Of a DNA stretch of 64,000 nt, positions 21,451 to 32,087 are shown one piece after another; the first letter of the stretch is position 1; each line of letters starts with the position of its first letter. A program made the translations under genes and the position numbers. The DNA comes from Nitrospira sp. (GTDB lineage: Bacteria; Nitrospirota; Nitrospiria; Nitrospirales; Nitrospiraceae). The stretch spans positions 10,239 to 74,238 of the forward strand of contig SWDR01000002.1 in NCBI GenBank assembly GCA_005116815.1. The letters run 5' to 3'. The notes under the pieces were generated by a model. That model had not been told where the DNA came from, made no database searches, and saw only the letters and a program-made list of their open reading frames with translations.

Positions 21451-21771
21451 ATGAAGGCCGAGGTTTCTGATCCGGCGTTGAAGGCGGGTCTCCATAGCAT
21501 TCTGCTGCAGCCCTTGCTGACGGAAAAAATTACGGCGATGCGGGAAGCCAATAACACCGTAGCCTTTCTCGTTCACCCTGATGCCAACCGTGTCCAGATC
21601 AAGCAAGCGGTCGAAACGCTCTTGAAGGTAAAGGTTGAGCGGGTGAATGTGATGAACGTGCGCGGGAAGGTGAAGCGCTTAGGGCGGTTCTCCGGCAAGA
21701 GATCAGATTGGAAGAAGGCCTTCGTCAAGCTCAAGCAAGGCGAAAAATTGGAGCTCTACGAGAGCGCATAG
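21451..21771 (+). CDS. rplW: 50S ribosomal protein L23
   Basis: MKAEVSDP...ILLQPLLTEKITAMREANNTVAFLVHPDANRVQIKQAVE..VKV..VNV. Start taken at the internal ATG of ORF 21373. Confidence 0.93.
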   Translation: MKAEVSDPALKAGLHSILLQPLLTEKITAMREANNTVAFLVHPDANRVQIKQAVETLLKVKVERVNVMNVRGKVKRLGRFSGKRSDWKKAFVKLKQGEKLELYESA

Positions 21772-21821
21772 CGTGACGCTGCACCGGGATTAACTCGGTG
21801 TCTTGGAAGGACGACTGTAGC

Positions 21822-22646
21822 ATGGGAATCAAAGTATTCAAGCCGAGAACCCCGGGGCGCCGCGGAATGACCGCGGTGACGACCGAGGATCTCTCGAAGA
21901 AGCGGCCAGAGAAATCGCTGACGTCGTTCCGTCGCAGCACCGGTGCGCGAAACAACGAAGGTCGGACAACCGTGCGATTCCGTGGGGGTGGACATAAGCG
22001 CCTCTATCGGAAGATTGATTTTCGTCGTGATAAGAGCGGAATCCCGGGCACCATTGCCGCGCTTGAGTACGACCCGAATCGTTCTGCACGTATTGCCTTG
22101 GTGCATTACAAGGATGGAGAGAAGCGGTATATCCTTGCGCCGGTAGGGCTGAAGGTCGGGGATGTCGTGCAGGCCGGTCTTGGCACTGAGGTTCGAGTTG
22201 GAAATGCCCTGCCATTGTCCAGTATGCCCTTGGGTACCACGATCCATAATATCGAGTTGAAGCCGGGCAGGGGCGGGCAGCTGATTCGGAGTGCGGGTGG
22301 CTCTGCTCAGGTCATGGGTCGCGATGGCGAGTATATTCAAGTGCGACTCAGGTCTGGCGAAATGCGTCGGATTCTTGCGACCTGCATGGCGACGGTCGGG
22401 CAGGTTGGCAATACGGACCATGAGAATGTTAGTGTTGGCAAGGCCGGTCGAACAAGGTGGAAGGGGCGACGCCCTCATGTGCGCGGTGTCGTCATGAATC
22501 CTGTCGACCACCCGCATGGTGGCGGTGAAGGAAAGTCTGGACAGGGTAATCCCCATCCAGTCTCCCCATGGGGTCTCCCGACAAAGGGATATAAGACCAG
22601 GAACAATAAGGCGACGGACAAGTTCATTATTTCCCGCCGCAAGTAG
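21822..22646 (+). CDS. rplB: 50S ribosomal protein L2
   Basis: [15 protein letters not shown]...[13 protein letters not shown]...[18 protein letters not shown]. Confidence 0.97.
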   Translation: MGIKVFKPRTPGRRGMTAVTTEDLSKKRPEKSLTSFRRSTGARNNEGRTTVRFRGGGHKRLYRKIDFRRDKSGIPGTIAALEYDPNRSARIALVHYKDGEKRYILAPVGLKVGDVVQAGLGTEVRVGNALPLSSMPLGTTIHNIELKPGRGGQLIRSAGGSAQVMGRDGEYIQVRLRSGEMRRILATCMATVGQVGNTDHENVSVGKAGRTRWKGRRPHVRGVVMNPVDHPHGGGEGKSGQGNPHPVSPWGLPTKGYKTRNNKATDKFIISRRK

Positions 22647-22655
22647 GAGTACGCG

Positions 22656-22943
22656 ATGCCGAGGTCTGTAAGTAAGGGCGCATTCGTCGACGATCATCTG
22701 CTTGAAAAAGTAGAGCGGATGAATCAGAACAAGGATCGGAAGATCATTAAAACCTGGTCACGACGCTCCACCGTCATTCCAGACATGATCGGACATACCT
22801 TCGCGGTTCATAACGGGAAGAAATTTATTCCTGTGTTTGTGACGGAGAATATGGTGGGACACAAGCTCGGTGAGTTTGCTCCGACCAGATTTTTCAAAGG
22901 GCATGGGCATGCCAGAACAGAGAAGTCAGTCGCCCTTAAATAG
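22656..22943 (+). CDS. rpsS: 30S ribosomal protein S19
   Basis: [16 protein letters not shown]...[48 protein letters not shown]. Confidence 0.97.
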   Translation: MPRSVSKGAFVDDHLLEKVERMNQNKDRKIIKTWSRRSTVIPDMIGHTFAVHNGKKFIPVFVTENMVGHKLGEFAPTRFFKGHGHARTEKSVALK

Positions 22944-22987
22944 GTGTCAGACCGCGGTCTCGGCAAACTCGATTGGATTGGAATGTT

Positions 22988-23341
22988 ATGGCTGAAGCAC
23001 AAGCAGTTTTAAAATTTGTCCGTGTCTCTCCGAGAAAAGCTCGCCCGGTGATCGACTTGATCCGAGGGCAACAGGTTCCGATGGCATTGGCCCTCCTTCG
23101 TAATACGCCACGCCAGGCCTGTAAAGTCGTCGAAAAGCTTCTGCGGTCTGCCGTCGCCAATGCGGAGCAAAAAGAGATGGGCGACAGTGAGTCCATGGTC
23201 GTGTCGAGAGCGTTTGTCGATTGTGGGCCGACGTTGAAGCGCTTTCGTGCCCGCTCGCAAGGGCGCGCGAATGCCATTCAGAAGCGCATGAGCCATATTA
23301 CTGTCATCGTATCGACGGTAGATGTTAAAGAGAAACAATAG
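22988..23341 (+). CDS. rplV: 50S ribosomal protein L22
   Basis: [27 protein letters not shown]....AL.LL. Confidence 0.95.
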   Translation: MAEAQAVLKFVRVSPRKARPVIDLIRGQQVPMALALLRNTPRQACKVVEKLLRSAVANAEQKEMGDSESMVVSRAFVDCGPTLKRFRARSQGRANAIQKRMSHITVIVSTVDVKEKQ

Positions 23342-23397
23342 GTAGCGACGGCTAGCGGAGCCGATTCATTTCCTGGCTGAGTGAGGCATAAGGAGTT

Positions 23398-24069
23398 ATG
23401 GGTCATAAAACACATCCAATCGGGTATCGACTGGGATACAACGTCAACTGGAGCTCTCGGTGGTATGCCAGCAAGGACTACGCGAAGCTGCTCCATCAGG
23501 ATATCAAGATTCGGAAAATGGTCAAGCAGCGTCTCTTCCATGCCGGTGTGGCTAAGATCGAGATCGAGCGATCGGGAGACCAGACCCGTGTGATCATTTC
23601 TACCGCGCGTCCTGGTATTATCATCGGTCGCAAGGGTGCTGAGGTTGACAAGCTCAAGGCTGAGTTGGAGAAGATGTATTCCGGTCAGGTCTACATTACC
23701 GTCAAGGAAATTAAGAAGCCTGAGTTGGATGCCCAGTTGGTTTGTGAGAATGTTGCCACTCAGTTAGAGAAGCGTGTGGCTTTCCGCCGGGCGATGAAGC
23801 GCAGTGTGCAGTCCGCGCTTCGTCTTGGCGCTCAGGGTATTAAGATTATGGTTGGCGGTCGTCTCGGTGGAGCTGAAATTGCGCGATCTGAATGGTACCG
23901 CGAGGGCCGCGTGCCGCTTCATACGCTCAGGGCTGACATCGATTACGGATTCGCCGAAGCTCACACGACGATGGGGCAGATCGGGATCAAGACTTGGATC
24001 TATAAGGGTGAAGTCCTTCCGCTACAGCCCATTAAAAAAGAATCGCCATTTGAACGCAGAATTGGCTAA
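23398..24069 (+). CDS. rpsC: 30S ribosomal protein S3
   Basis: [24 protein letters not shown]...[31 protein letters not shown]. Confidence 0.97.
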   Translation: MGHKTHPIGYRLGYNVNWSSRWYASKDYAKLLHQDIKIRKMVKQRLFHAGVAKIEIERSGDQTRVIISTARPGIIIGRKGAEVDKLKAELEKMYSGQVYITVKEIKKPELDAQLVCENVATQLEKRVAFRRAMKRSVQSALRLGAQGIKIMVGGRLGGAEIARSEWYREGRVPLHTLRADIDYGFAEAHTTMGQIGIKTWIYKGEVLPLQPIKKESPFERRIG

Positions 24070-24083
24070 TTGATGAGGGTATT

Positions 24084-24497
24084 GTGTTAGCACCAAAGAA
24101 AGTTAAGTTCCGCAAAATGATGAAGGGGCGTATGACGGGCAAGGCCTATCGTGGCGGCCAGATTACGCTCGGGGAGTTCGGATTGAAGGCGCTCGAGCCT
24201 GGTTGGATCACCAGCCGACAGATTGAGGCGGCGCGTATCGCGATTACTCGTTGCGTGAAGCGCGGTGGTCAGGTCTGGACGAGAATATTCCCCGACAAGC
24301 CGATTACCAAGAAGCCGGCTGAAACTCGAATGGGTAAGGGAAAGGGTAACCCGGAGTATTGGGTTGCCGTCGTAAAGCCTGGCCGTATTATGTATGAGAT
24401 GGACGGTGTGACGCCGGAAGTTGCCAAGGAGGCCTTCCGCTTGGCTTCTCATAAGTTGCCAATTGCCACGAAATACGTCGTTCGTGGTGAGTTTTAA
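24084..24497 (+). CDS. rplP: 50S ribosomal protein L16
   Basis: GTG start; [21 protein letters not shown]....FG.FGL.A. Confidence 0.96.
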   Translation: MLAPKKVKFRKMMKGRMTGKAYRGGQITLGEFGLKALEPGWITSRQIEAARIAITRCVKRGGQVWTRIFPDKPITKKPAETRMGKGKGNPEYWVAVVKPGRIMYEMDGVTPEVAKEAFRLASHKLPIATKYVVRGEF

Positions 24498-24539
24498 TAT
24501 CGACTGAGTCGGACACAAGGGTAGGGAGCGAGCGCATCC

Positions 24540-24761
24540 ATGGATCTGAAGGAATTACGACAACTAACGGCACCTGAGCTTGCGGAAAAATCGCAGCAGC
24601 TAACGCAGGAACTTTTCAATCTTCGTTTTCAGATGGGGACCGGGCGATTGGAGAACCCCATGCAGCTGCGAAAGACAAAGCGGTCCATCGCGCAGGTCAA
24701 GACGATTCAGCGTGAGCTCGCGCAGGTCGAATCAACTTCTACCACGGCGAAAGGGGCCTGA
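24540..24761 (+). CDS. rpmC: 50S ribosomal protein L29
   Basis: [40 protein letters not shown]; position between rplP and rpsQ. Confidence 0.93.
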   Translation: MDLKELRQLTAPELAEKSQQLTQELFNLRFQMGTGRLENPMQLRKTKRSIAQVKTIQRELAQVESTSTTAKGA

Positions 24762-24763
24762 GG

Positions 24764-25030
24764 ATGGCGGAGTCAGTAAACAAGCGGCGCGAGTGGGTTG
24801 GCCGTGTGGTCAGCAATAAAATGGATAAAACCGTCGTGGTTGAGATCGAACGGTCGGTTATACACCCACTCTATCGGAAGGTGTTGCGTAGGGTCACGAA
24901 ATTCAAGGCCCACGATGAAGCGAACGCATGTAAGGTCGGCGATCGTGTGCGCATGGTTGAGACGCGCCCCATCAGCAAAGATAAGCACATGCGTGTGATC
25001 GAAGTCGTGGAAAAGGGACAGGGCAGCTAG
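24764..25030 (+). CDS. rpsQ: 30S ribosomal protein S17
   Basis: [28 protein letters not shown]...R..KF.AHD. Confidence 0.95.
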   Translation: MAESVNKRREWVGRVVSNKMDKTVVVEIERSVIHPLYRKVLRRVTKFKAHDEANACKVGDRVRMVETRPISKDKHMRVIEVVEKGQGS

Positions 25031-25066
25031 GCTGAGATCGTTTGAAGAGTAGAGGGAATAGGCACT

Positions 25067-25435
25067 ATGATTCAAAGTTATACATACATGGACGTGGCCG
25101 ACAACTCTGGCGCGAAGCAGGCCATGTGTTTTCATGTGCTCGGCGGCACCAGGCGCCGATATGCGTCTCTCGGAGACATTGTCGTGGTGGCGGTCAAGGA
25201 GGCCATCCCTGCGGCAACGGTGAAGAAGGGCGATGTCAGCCGCGCGGTGGTCGTCAGGACGACGAAAGAAGTGCGCCGTGAGGATGGTTCCTACATCAAG
25301 TTCGATCGGAATGCCTGCGTGCTGATCAACAAAGATGGGGATCCGGTTGGCACGCGTATCTTCGGGCCGATCGCGCGTGAGCTGCGCTGGAAGAAGTTCA
25401 TGAAGATTATTTCTCTTGCTCCTGAAGTGCTTTAA
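25067..25435 (+). CDS. rplN: 50S ribosomal protein L14
   Basis: [27 protein letters not shown]. Confidence 0.97.
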   Translation: MIQSYTYMDVADNSGAKQAMCFHVLGGTRRRYASLGDIVVVAVKEAIPAATVKKGDVSRAVVVRTTKEVRREDGSYIKFDRNACVLINKDGDPVGTRIFGPIARELRWKKFMKIISLAPEVL

Positions 25436-25454
25436 CGAGGGTGGTGACGGCCGG

Positions 25455-25790
25455 ATGAATAAGCAGGCGTTGGCAAAAAGTCGAATTCGTAAGGGCGATG
25501 TGGTTGTCGTGATCTCAGGACGCGACCGCGGCAAGTCCGGCAAGGTGCTCTCGGTCGATCCGGGGGTGGGTAAGGTCGTGGTTGAGAAGCTCAACATGAT
25601 CAAGCGCCACACCAAGCCGAATCAGAAAGTCAAGCAAGGCGGCATTCTCGAACGGGAAGCGCCTCTTGCGATCTCCAATGTGATGTATCTGTGTCCTGTG
25701 ACACAGAAACCAACCCGACTGGGCGTACGTACGCTCGAAGATGGCAAGCGGGTCCGGTTCAGCAAAAAATCGAACGACTCAGTCGAGTAG
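25455..25790 (+). CDS. rplX: 50S ribosomal protein L24
   Basis: IRKGDVVVVISGRDRGKSGKVLSV......VVVEKLNMIKRHTKP (KOW motif). Start at MNKQ. Confidence 0.93.
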   Translation: MNKQALAKSRIRKGDVVVVISGRDRGKSGKVLSVDPGVGKVVVEKLNMIKRHTKPNQKVKQGGILEREAPLAISNVMYLCPVTQKPTRLGVRTLEDGKRVRFSKKSNDSVE

Positions 25791-25805
25791 GAGTGAGGAC
25801 GCCAG

Positions 25806-26462
25806 ATGGCGAAGGTTGAATCAGGAAAAGGCAGTAAGACGTCGGAGAAGCGGCCACCCAAGAAAAAAGAAGGGTCGGCGGCCCCTCAGGTGATGGACGA
25901 GGGCAGTGAAGAGTCCAAGTTTAACCCGCGGATGCGCGAGACGTACTTGCAGAAAGTTGTACCCGCACTCATGAAAGAGTTCGGTTATAAAAATATCATG
26001 CAGGTGCCGAAGGTTGAGCGGATTGTGCTGAACGTCGGAATGGGTGAAGCCATTCAGAACGTGAAGCTCTTGGAAAGTGCCGCTGCCGAGTTAGGCTTGA
26101 TCACCGGTCAGAAGGCTCTCATTACGAAGGCGAAGAAAGCCATTGCGACTTTCAAGCTGCGCCAGGGGATGCCGATCGGCACCAAAGTGACGCTGCGGAG
26201 CCGACGGATGTGGGAGTTCCTCGATCGGCTTGTCACCCTCTCGTTGCCGAGAATCAGGGATTTCAGGGGTGTGTCGCCCAAGTCCTTCGACGGACGGGGC
26301 AATTATACCCTTGGGCTGAAAGAGCAGCTCATATTCCCCGAGATTCAGTATGACGAGGTCGCGTCGATCCACGGGATGGACATCACGATCGTCACGACCG
26401 CCAAGACGAATGACGAGGGTCGGGCACTATTGAAGCATTTGGGGATGCCATTCCGGACGTAA
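25806..26462 (+). CDS. rplE: 50S ribosomal protein L5 with a Lys-rich N-terminal extension of ~40 aa
   Basis: Core is [41 protein letters not shown]...; the ATG at 25806 has an AGGAGTGAGG RBS. An internal start at M30 (25893) cannot be excluded. Confidence 0.9.
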   Translation: MAKVESGKGSKTSEKRPPKKKEGSAAPQVMDEGSEESKFNPRMRETYLQKVVPALMKEFGYKNIMQVPKVERIVLNVGMGEAIQNVKLLESAAAELGLITGQKALITKAKKAIATFKLRQGMPIGTKVTLRSRRMWEFLDRLVTLSLPRIRDFRGVSPKSFDGRGNYTLGLKEQLIFPEIQYDEVASIHGMDITIVTTAKTNDEGRALLKHLGMPFRT

Positions 26463-26483
26463 CGTCAAACGAAGGAGCTGTAG

Positions 26484-26669
26484 GTGTCGAGATTAGCGCT
26501 GAGAAATAAATCGTCCGTTAAGGCGAAATTCCCCGTCAGGGACTATCACCGGTGCGGGATCTGCGGCCGCGTACGAGGGTTTTTGCGCCGGTTTAGCATG
26601 TGCAGAATTTGTTTTCGATTGCTGAGCCTGAAGGGTGAGATTCCTGGGGTTCGGAAGTCGAGTTGGTAG
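26484..26669 (+). CDS. rpsN: 30S ribosomal protein S14, type Z (zinc-binding)
   Basis: 61 aa with CGICGR...CRICFR (two CxxC pairs). Confidence 0.95.
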   Translation: MSRLALRNKSSVKAKFPVRDYHRCGICGRVRGFLRRFSMCRICFRLLSLKGEIPGVRKSSW

Positions 26670-26743
26670 ATTATCTGCCTTCCGTGTCGCTGGGCGGTTG
26701 ATAGCCGTCTCGATGCACGAAGAGCGTTGGTGAAAGGGTTGGT

Positions 26744-27136
26744 ATGGTTACAGATCCCATTAGCGATCTATTGGTGAGAATTCAAAACGGACTTCGGCGT
26801 CGGCACGAGTCTGTAAGTATGCCGGCTTCCCGTCTCAAGCGAGAGCTCCTTCGTGTGCTCCAGAACGAAGGTTATATTCAGAGCGTCCAGGCGGATATGG
26901 CTGATGGTCATCCTGTCCTGAAGGTGCAGCTGCGGTATGTCGATGAAGTGCCTGTCGTCACGGGCATGCAACGAGTCAGCAAGCCTGGCCGCCGTGTCTA
27001 CGTGGGAATCAAGGATATCCCGCGAGTGAAGAACGGCATTGGTGTAGCCATTTTGTCGACGTCCAAGGGGTTGATGACGGATCAGGAGTCTCGCCGCGCC
27101 GGTCTTGGCGGTGAGGTATTGTGCTCGGTGTGGTAA
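26744..27136 (+). CDS. rpsH: 30S ribosomal protein S8
   Basis: MVTDPISDLLVRIQNG......V..P.S.LK..L..VL..EGYI. Confidence 0.96.
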   Translation: MVTDPISDLLVRIQNGLRRRHESVSMPASRLKRELLRVLQNEGYIQSVQADMADGHPVLKVQLRYVDEVPVVTGMQRVSKPGRRVYVGIKDIPRVKNGIGVAILSTSKGLMTDQESRRAGLGGEVLCSVW

Positions 27137-27192
27137 TGGTGAGCGCCAGCCAGATTGTCATTGTAGCCGGTTGCTAGAATAACGAGGAATCG

Positions 27193-27729
27193 ATGTCACG
27201 CATAGGAATAAAACCAATCCAGATTCCAGCAGGAGTGGATGTTAAAGTTGCCGGCCCTGTCGTCTCCGTCAAGGGGCCACTCGGGAAGCTCGATTGGTCG
27301 CTGTCTCCAGGTCTTGGGGTCACGATTACGGACGGAGTGCTTACGGTCAATCGCCAGAACGAAGACCGCCATGTCCGTGCAATGCATGGACTGACCCGCG
27401 CAGAACTGAGTAACATCGTCCAGGGAGTGACAAAAGGTTACGAGCGTAATCTGGAAATCACGGGAGTTGGTTACAAGGTTGCTGTGCAGGGACGGACGAT
27501 GAGCTTTAACGTCGGCTATATCAATCCGGTCACATATCCGATACCCGTTGGCATCGATGTGAAGGTGGATAAGCAGACGCTGATTAATGTGAAGGGAACC
27601 GATAAGCGATTGGTGGGCCAGGTTGCTGCAAACTTAAGAGCGATCAAGCCGCCCGACGTCTATAAGCAAAAGGGCGTTCGCTATGCCGGGGAAGTGTTAC
27701 GTAAGAAGGCTGGAAAGACAGGGAAGTAA
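27193..27729 (+). CDS. rplF: 50S ribosomal protein L6
   Basis: MSRIGIKPIQIPAGVDVKV....V.VKGP.G.L; 178 aa. Confidence 0.96.
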   Translation: MSRIGIKPIQIPAGVDVKVAGPVVSVKGPLGKLDWSLSPGLGVTITDGVLTVNRQNEDRHVRAMHGLTRAELSNIVQGVTKGYERNLEITGVGYKVAVQGRTMSFNVGYINPVTYPIPVGIDVKVDKQTLINVKGTDKRLVGQVAANLRAIKPPDVYKQKGVRYAGEVLRKKAGKTGK

Positions 27730-27737
27730 GGTGATTC

Positions 27738-28103
27738 ATGAATAGTGCAGATAAAGCAGATCAGTTAACACGTCGGAAGCAGCGGGTGCGCAAACGTGTC
27801 GTTGGAACGGCCGAGAGGCCTCGTCTCAACGTATTTCGTAGTAGCTCACATATCTATGCCCAGATCATTGACGATCTTAAGGGAGCGACATTGGCCGCAG
27901 CATCTTCCTTGGATAAGTCTCTGCGCACGTCGGTGAAATCCACTGGCAGCATCGATGGAGCAAAAGCAGTTGGAAAGTTGTTGGCCGAACGGGCGAAGGC
28001 TGCCAAGGTTCAAGCGGTGGTATTCGATCGTGGCGGTCGAATGTACCACGGACGTGTGAAGGCATTGGCTGAAGCATCGCGCGAAGGCGGTCTGCAGTTC
28101 TAG
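27738..28103 (+). CDS. rplR: 50S ribosomal protein L18
   Basis: [31 protein letters not shown]...TLAAASS...[23 protein letters not shown]. Confidence 0.96.
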   Translation: MNSADKADQLTRRKQRVRKRVVGTAERPRLNVFRSSSHIYAQIIDDLKGATLAAASSLDKSLRTSVKSTGSIDGAKAVGKLLAERAKAAKVQAVVFDRGGRMYHGRVKALAEASREGGLQF

Positions 28104-28162
28104 GTCGTACCTCGATTCCATGACGGTACCGGAGCGAGGGGAACAAAGAGGAGAGACGTTAC

Positions 28163-28672
28163 GTGCGAGTTAATCCAGATGAATTAAGCCTGAAAGATAA
28201 AGTCGTCTTTATCAACCGCGTCGCGAAAGTCGTTAAGGGTGGAAAGCGATTTAACTTTTGCGCACTGGTTGTTGTTGGAGATGGACAGGGGTGGGTGGGC
28301 ATCGGAAAAGGGAAAGCTGCTGAAGTGCCTGTCGCGATCGCGAAGGCAGTTGAGCAGGCCAAGAAGAATCTGGTGCATGTCGCCCTCGCGTCTGGAACGA
28401 TCGCGCATGAGGTGCACGGGCTCTTCGGCGCCGAACATGTTCTTCTGAAGCCCGCGAAGAAGGGGACGGGAATCATTGCCGGTGGCGCAGTCAGAGCGGT
28501 GGTTGAGGTCGTCGGCGTGCATAATGTCATCGCCAAGACGCTTGGCCGAGGAAATCCATTTAATGTGGTTCGTGCTACCCTCAACGGGCTCTGTCAGCTG
28601 AGAAATGCTGAAGACGTGTTGAAGCTGCGCCGCGGTGCGGTGAGTGATGCCCAGAACAGAGTGAGTGCATAA
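28163..28672 (+). CDS. rpsE: 30S ribosomal protein S5
   Basis: [47 protein letters not shown]. Confidence 0.96.
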   Translation: MRVNPDELSLKDKVVFINRVAKVVKGGKRFNFCALVVVGDGQGWVGIGKGKAAEVPVAIAKAVEQAKKNLVHVALASGTIAHEVHGLFGAEHVLLKPAKKGTGIIAGGAVRAVVEVVGVHNVIAKTLGRGNPFNVVRATLNGLCQLRNAEDVLKLRRGAVSDAQNRVSA

Positions 28673-28881
28673 TGCCTACACCGAAGATTCCCAAGGTCAC
28701 GAAAAAAGGGTTTGTGATTACCTTGCGGCGAAGCCCAATCGGCACCCCGCAAAAGCATCGACTTGTGTTGAGCGGCCTCGGTTTGAGAAAGATTAGACAG
28801 ACCGTTACTCGTCCCAATACGCCACAAGTGCGAGGGATGATTGACAAAGTTGGATATCTATTGGAAGTGCAGCCACAATGA
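28672..28881 (+). CDS. rpmD: 50S ribosomal protein L30
   Basis: ITLRRSPIGTPQKHRLVLSGLGLRKIRQTV. The ATG overlaps the rpsE stop by 1 nt. Confidence 0.93.
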   Translation: MPTPKIPKVTKKGFVITLRRSPIGTPQKHRLVLSGLGLRKIRQTVTRPNTPQVRGMIDKVGYLLEVQPQ

Positions 28882-29333
28882 ACTTACATGAGCTCGGTCC
28901 TGCAAAAGGATCCAGGAAAAAACGCAAGCGTATTGGACGTGGTCCCGGTTCAGGTCATGGGAAAACTGCAGGTAAAGGCCACAAGGGTCTGTTAGCCAGA
29001 TCGGGCGGTCGAGGTCGGCAGGCTGTTGGTTTCGAGGGCGGTCAAATGTCCTTGATTCGCCGGGTGCCGAAGCATGGCTTCACGAACATCTTCCGAAAAG
29101 AGTTTTCAATCGTGAATCTCAAGAGCTTAGCCGAGATGACGGTGTTGGGCACTATCACGCCGCAAGCGCTGGTCGATGCCGGCTTGGTCAAGCGCAAGTC
29201 GTTGCCAATCAAGATTCTTGGGAACGGCGACCTCACGAAGGCGATTGTCGTGCAGGCGCATAAGTTCAGTAAGTCAGCAGAAGCAAAGATTCAAGCAGCT
29301 GGAGGGAGAGTCGAGGTCATCCCCGGTGTTTGA
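28878..29333 (+). CDS. rplO: 50S ribosomal protein L15
   Basis: MNLHELGPAKGSRKKRKRIGRGPGSGHGKTAGKGHKG. Confidence 0.96.
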   Translation: MNLHELGPAKGSRKKRKRIGRGPGSGHGKTAGKGHKGLLARSGGRGRQAVGFEGGQMSLIRRVPKHGFTNIFRKEFSIVNLKSLAEMTVLGTITPQALVDAGLVKRKSLPIKILGNGDLTKAIVVQAHKFSKSAEAKIQAAGGRVEVIPGV

Positions 29334-30645
29334 GAGACTCCTGACCAGTTTTCAGAATATCTTCAAAATTCCCGAGCTGCGCACCCGGATCCTCTTTACC
29401 ATGGGGATGTTGGTGGTGTATCGGATAGGGGCGCATATTCCTACGCCTGGAATTAACGGCGACGCCCTCTCGGACTTCTTGCAAAAGCAAGGCGGAGCGT
29501 TGCTTGGATTTTTAGATATTTTCTCCGGCGGTTCTCTGTCACGCCTCACGATCCTTGCCCTGGGCATCATGCCCTACATCAGCGCATCGATTATTCTTCA
29601 GCTGCTGACGGTGGTCGTCCCGCACCTTTCCAAGTTAGCGAAGGAGGGCGAGCGCGGACGTAAGAAGATCATTCAATACACTCGATTCGGCACAATCGGC
29701 ATTGCCGTGATTCAGGGCTTCGGAATCGCGGTGGGGCTTGAGCAGATGAATCAAGGCGCATTCGTGATGACCGCTGGGTGGGGTTTCCGCCTGATGACCG
29801 TCATCACCTTGACCGCTGGTACCGGCTTCCTGATGTGGCTTGGTGAGCAGATTACCGAGCGGGGCATCGGAAACGGTATCTCATTGATTATTTTTGCCGG
29901 TATCGTCGCAAGGCTGCCGGCGGCAGTCGCTCAGACATTTGATTTATATAAGGTCGGTCAGTTAAGCTTCGTCCTCTTGGTCGCCTTGGCCCTCTTGATG
30001 GTGGTGGTGGTCGCGGCGATTGTATTTTTGGAAAGTGGACGGCGAAAAGTTCCGGTTCAGTATGCGAAACGTGTTATTGGGCGAAGGGTTTTTGGCGGAC
30101 AAAGTACGCACATTCCTCTGAAAATCAACACGGCAGGGGTTATCCCTCCTATTTTTGCGTCATCGATCATTGCGTTTCCAGCAACCATTGCTGGATTCTT
30201 TGAGACACCATGGGTGAAAGCATTTGGAGCGCAACTCGCACCTGGGTCGTTGCTCTATACGTTAATGTATGTCGGACTTATTTTATTTTTCTGCTTCTTT
30301 TATACTGCCGTCGTGTTGAACCCTGTGGATATGGCAGATAATATGAAAAAGTATGGTGGCTTTATTCCAGGAATTCGTCCAGGAACGAGAACGTCAGATT
30401 ATATTTATAAGGTGTTGACTCGTATCACTTTTGCTGGGTCAATTTACCTTGCAATTGTATGCGTAATCCCTGAATTTCTGATCTACAAGCTGAACGTGCC
30501 GTTTTACTTTGGCGGTACATCGTTGTTGATTGTGATCGGTGTCGGCCTCGATACGGCACAGCAGATTGAATCTCACATGTTGATGCGGAATTACGACGGA
30601 TTTCTCGGTAAGGGTATGGCCCCTCTCCGTGGAAGAAATGGTTAA
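29326..30645 (+). CDS. secY: Preprotein translocase subunit SecY
   Basis: GTG at 29326 gives (M)FERLLTSFQNIFKIPELRTRILFTMGMLVVYRIGAHIPTPGI. 10 TM segments, 439 aa. The longer ORF-track version overlaps rplO. Confidence 0.95.
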   Translation: MFERLLTSFQNIFKIPELRTRILFTMGMLVVYRIGAHIPTPGINGDALSDFLQKQGGALLGFLDIFSGGSLSRLTILALGIMPYISASIILQLLTVVVPHLSKLAKEGERGRKKIIQYTRFGTIGIAVIQGFGIAVGLEQMNQGAFVMTAGWGFRLMTVITLTAGTGFLMWLGEQITERGIGNGISLIIFAGIVARLPAAVAQTFDLYKVGQLSFVLLVALALLMVVVVAAIVFLESGRRKVPVQYAKRVIGRRVFGGQSTHIPLKINTAGVIPPIFASSIIAFPATIAGFFETPWVKAFGAQLAPGSLLYTLMYVGLILFFCFFYTAVVLNPVDMADNMKKYGGFIPGIRPGTRTSDYIYKVLTRITFAGSIYLAIVCVIPEFLIYKLNVPFYFGGTSLLIVIGVGLDTAQQIESHMLMRNYDGFLGKGMAPLRGRNG

Positions 30646-30651
30646 GGGGAA

Positions 30652-31311
30652 GTGATGCGGGTGGTGTTTCTCGGTGCGCCTGGCGTAGGAAAAGGGACTC
30701 AGGCGGAGCGTATCGCATCGCAATACCGGGTGGCGAAAATATCGACAGGGGATCTACTCAGGGAAGCCGTTCGCAATCAAACGAAACTGGGTCTCGAAGC
30801 GAAGAGTTTTATGGATCAGGGACAATTGGTTCCTGATTCTGTCGTGATCGGATTGGTCAGGGAAAAGCTAGGAGATTCTAGCTGCGCGAACGGATTTGTT
30901 CTGGATGGGTTTCCCAGGACTGTCCCGCAAGCGGAAGAGTTGGGTAAGGCGCTTTCCGTGAAATCCACAGCGCTTGACCTCGTTGTGAACTTTCAGGTCT
31001 CTCGTGAAGATGTGGTTCGTCGGTTGAGCGGTCGCCGGAGCTGTCCAAAGTGCCAAGCGACGTACCATGTTGATTTTGCGAAGCCTAAAGTGGATGAGGT
31101 GTGCGACCGCTGTGGCGACTCGCTTGTGCAGCGCAACGATGACCGCCGGGATGCAATCGAGACGCGTCTGAAAGTGTACGACGAGCAGACGGCACCACTT
31201 GTCCGTTATTACGATGAACGGCGGCTCTTGTCCTCAGTCGATGCGTCTGGCTCGGTAGACGTTGTCTTTGAGCATCTTGCAAAGGTGCTGACGCCTTTTC
31301 TGGCGCGATGA
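30652..31311 (+). CDS. adk: Adenylate kinase (Cys4 zinc-lid type)
   Basis: FLGAPGVGKGTQ P-loop, GFVLDGFPRT, lid CPKC...CDRCG. Confidence 0.96.
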   Translation: MMRVVFLGAPGVGKGTQAERIASQYRVAKISTGDLLREAVRNQTKLGLEAKSFMDQGQLVPDSVVIGLVREKLGDSSCANGFVLDGFPRTVPQAEELGKALSVKSTALDLVVNFQVSREDVVRRLSGRRSCPKCQATYHVDFAKPKVDEVCDRCGDSLVQRNDDRRDAIETRLKVYDEQTAPLVRYYDERRLLSSVDASGSVDVVFEHLAKVLTPFLAR

Positions 31312-32057
31312 TCATCCTCAAGACGCAGGATGAGATTGCCGTGATGGCCCAGGCGTCACAAGTGGTGGCTGAGGTACTCGCGGTTCTGAAGAAAGCGGTG
31401 AGGCCAGGCATCACGACCGATGAACTGGACCGATTGGCTGAAGAAGAGATTCGATCGCGTGGTGCGCGCCCGGCTTTTAAAGGGTATCGAAGTTATCCCA
31501 AGACCCTTTGTGCGTCAGTGAACGAGCAGGTTGTTCACGGGATTCCCTCCAAGCGAGTGCTGAAGGAGGGGGACATTATCGGGCTGGATCTTGGGGCGAT
31601 CGTTGACGGGTTTTACGGTGACTCTGCGGTCACAGTCGCGGTGGGGCAGACGAACGAACGAATCTCCCACCTTGTTCGAGTGACCGAAGAGGCGATGTAC
31701 CTCGGAATCAAGCAAGCGGTCGTGGGGCATCGGCTGTCAGAAATTTCACATGTGATCCAGCGGCATGTGGAATCAGCTGGCTTCTCGGTCGTCACAGAGT
31801 TCGTCGGTCATGGCATCGGTCGACAGTTGCATGAAGAACCGCAGGTGCCGAACTACGGGAAGCCAGGACAGGGTCCGCGGTTACAGGCAGGGATGGTTTT
31901 GGCGATCGAACCGATGGTCAATATGGGTAAGGCCGCCGTCAAGGTGCTTGAGGATCGATGGACAGCGGTGACGGTTGATGGGAGTCTTTCGGCGCATTTT
32001 GAGCATACCATTGCGATTCAGCCGAGCGGTCCTCCTCGCATTTTAAGTCAGTTATGA
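31308..32057 (+). CDS. map: Type I methionine aminopeptidase
   Basis: VVHGIP....L..GDI...D......G..GD...T...G; EFVGHGIG..LHE.P; A.FEHT. Confidence 0.95.
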   Translation: MIILKTQDEIAVMAQASQVVAEVLAVLKKAVRPGITTDELDRLAEEEIRSRGARPAFKGYRSYPKTLCASVNEQVVHGIPSKRVLKEGDIIGLDLGAIVDGFYGDSAVTVAVGQTNERISHLVRVTEEAMYLGIKQAVVGHRLSEISHVIQRHVESAGFSVVTEFVGHGIGRQLHEEPQVPNYGKPGQGPRLQAGMVLAIEPMVNMGKAAVKVLEDRWTAVTVDGSLSAHFEHTIAIQPSGPPRILSQL

Positions 32058-32087
32058 CTCCGGTTTGGGCAGAAAGGATAGAGATAC

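Noticed and set aside
20912-21557. ORFs overlapping the tRNA-Tyr/Gly/Thr cluster on both strands.
   Set aside because: They are explained by the three well-formed tRNA genes and have no coding signal.
29176-29325. 50-codon N-terminal extension of SecY in the ORF track.
   Set aside because: It overlaps the rplO coding region out of context. A GTG at 29326 gives the canonical SecY N-terminus and the usual overlap with the rplO stop.
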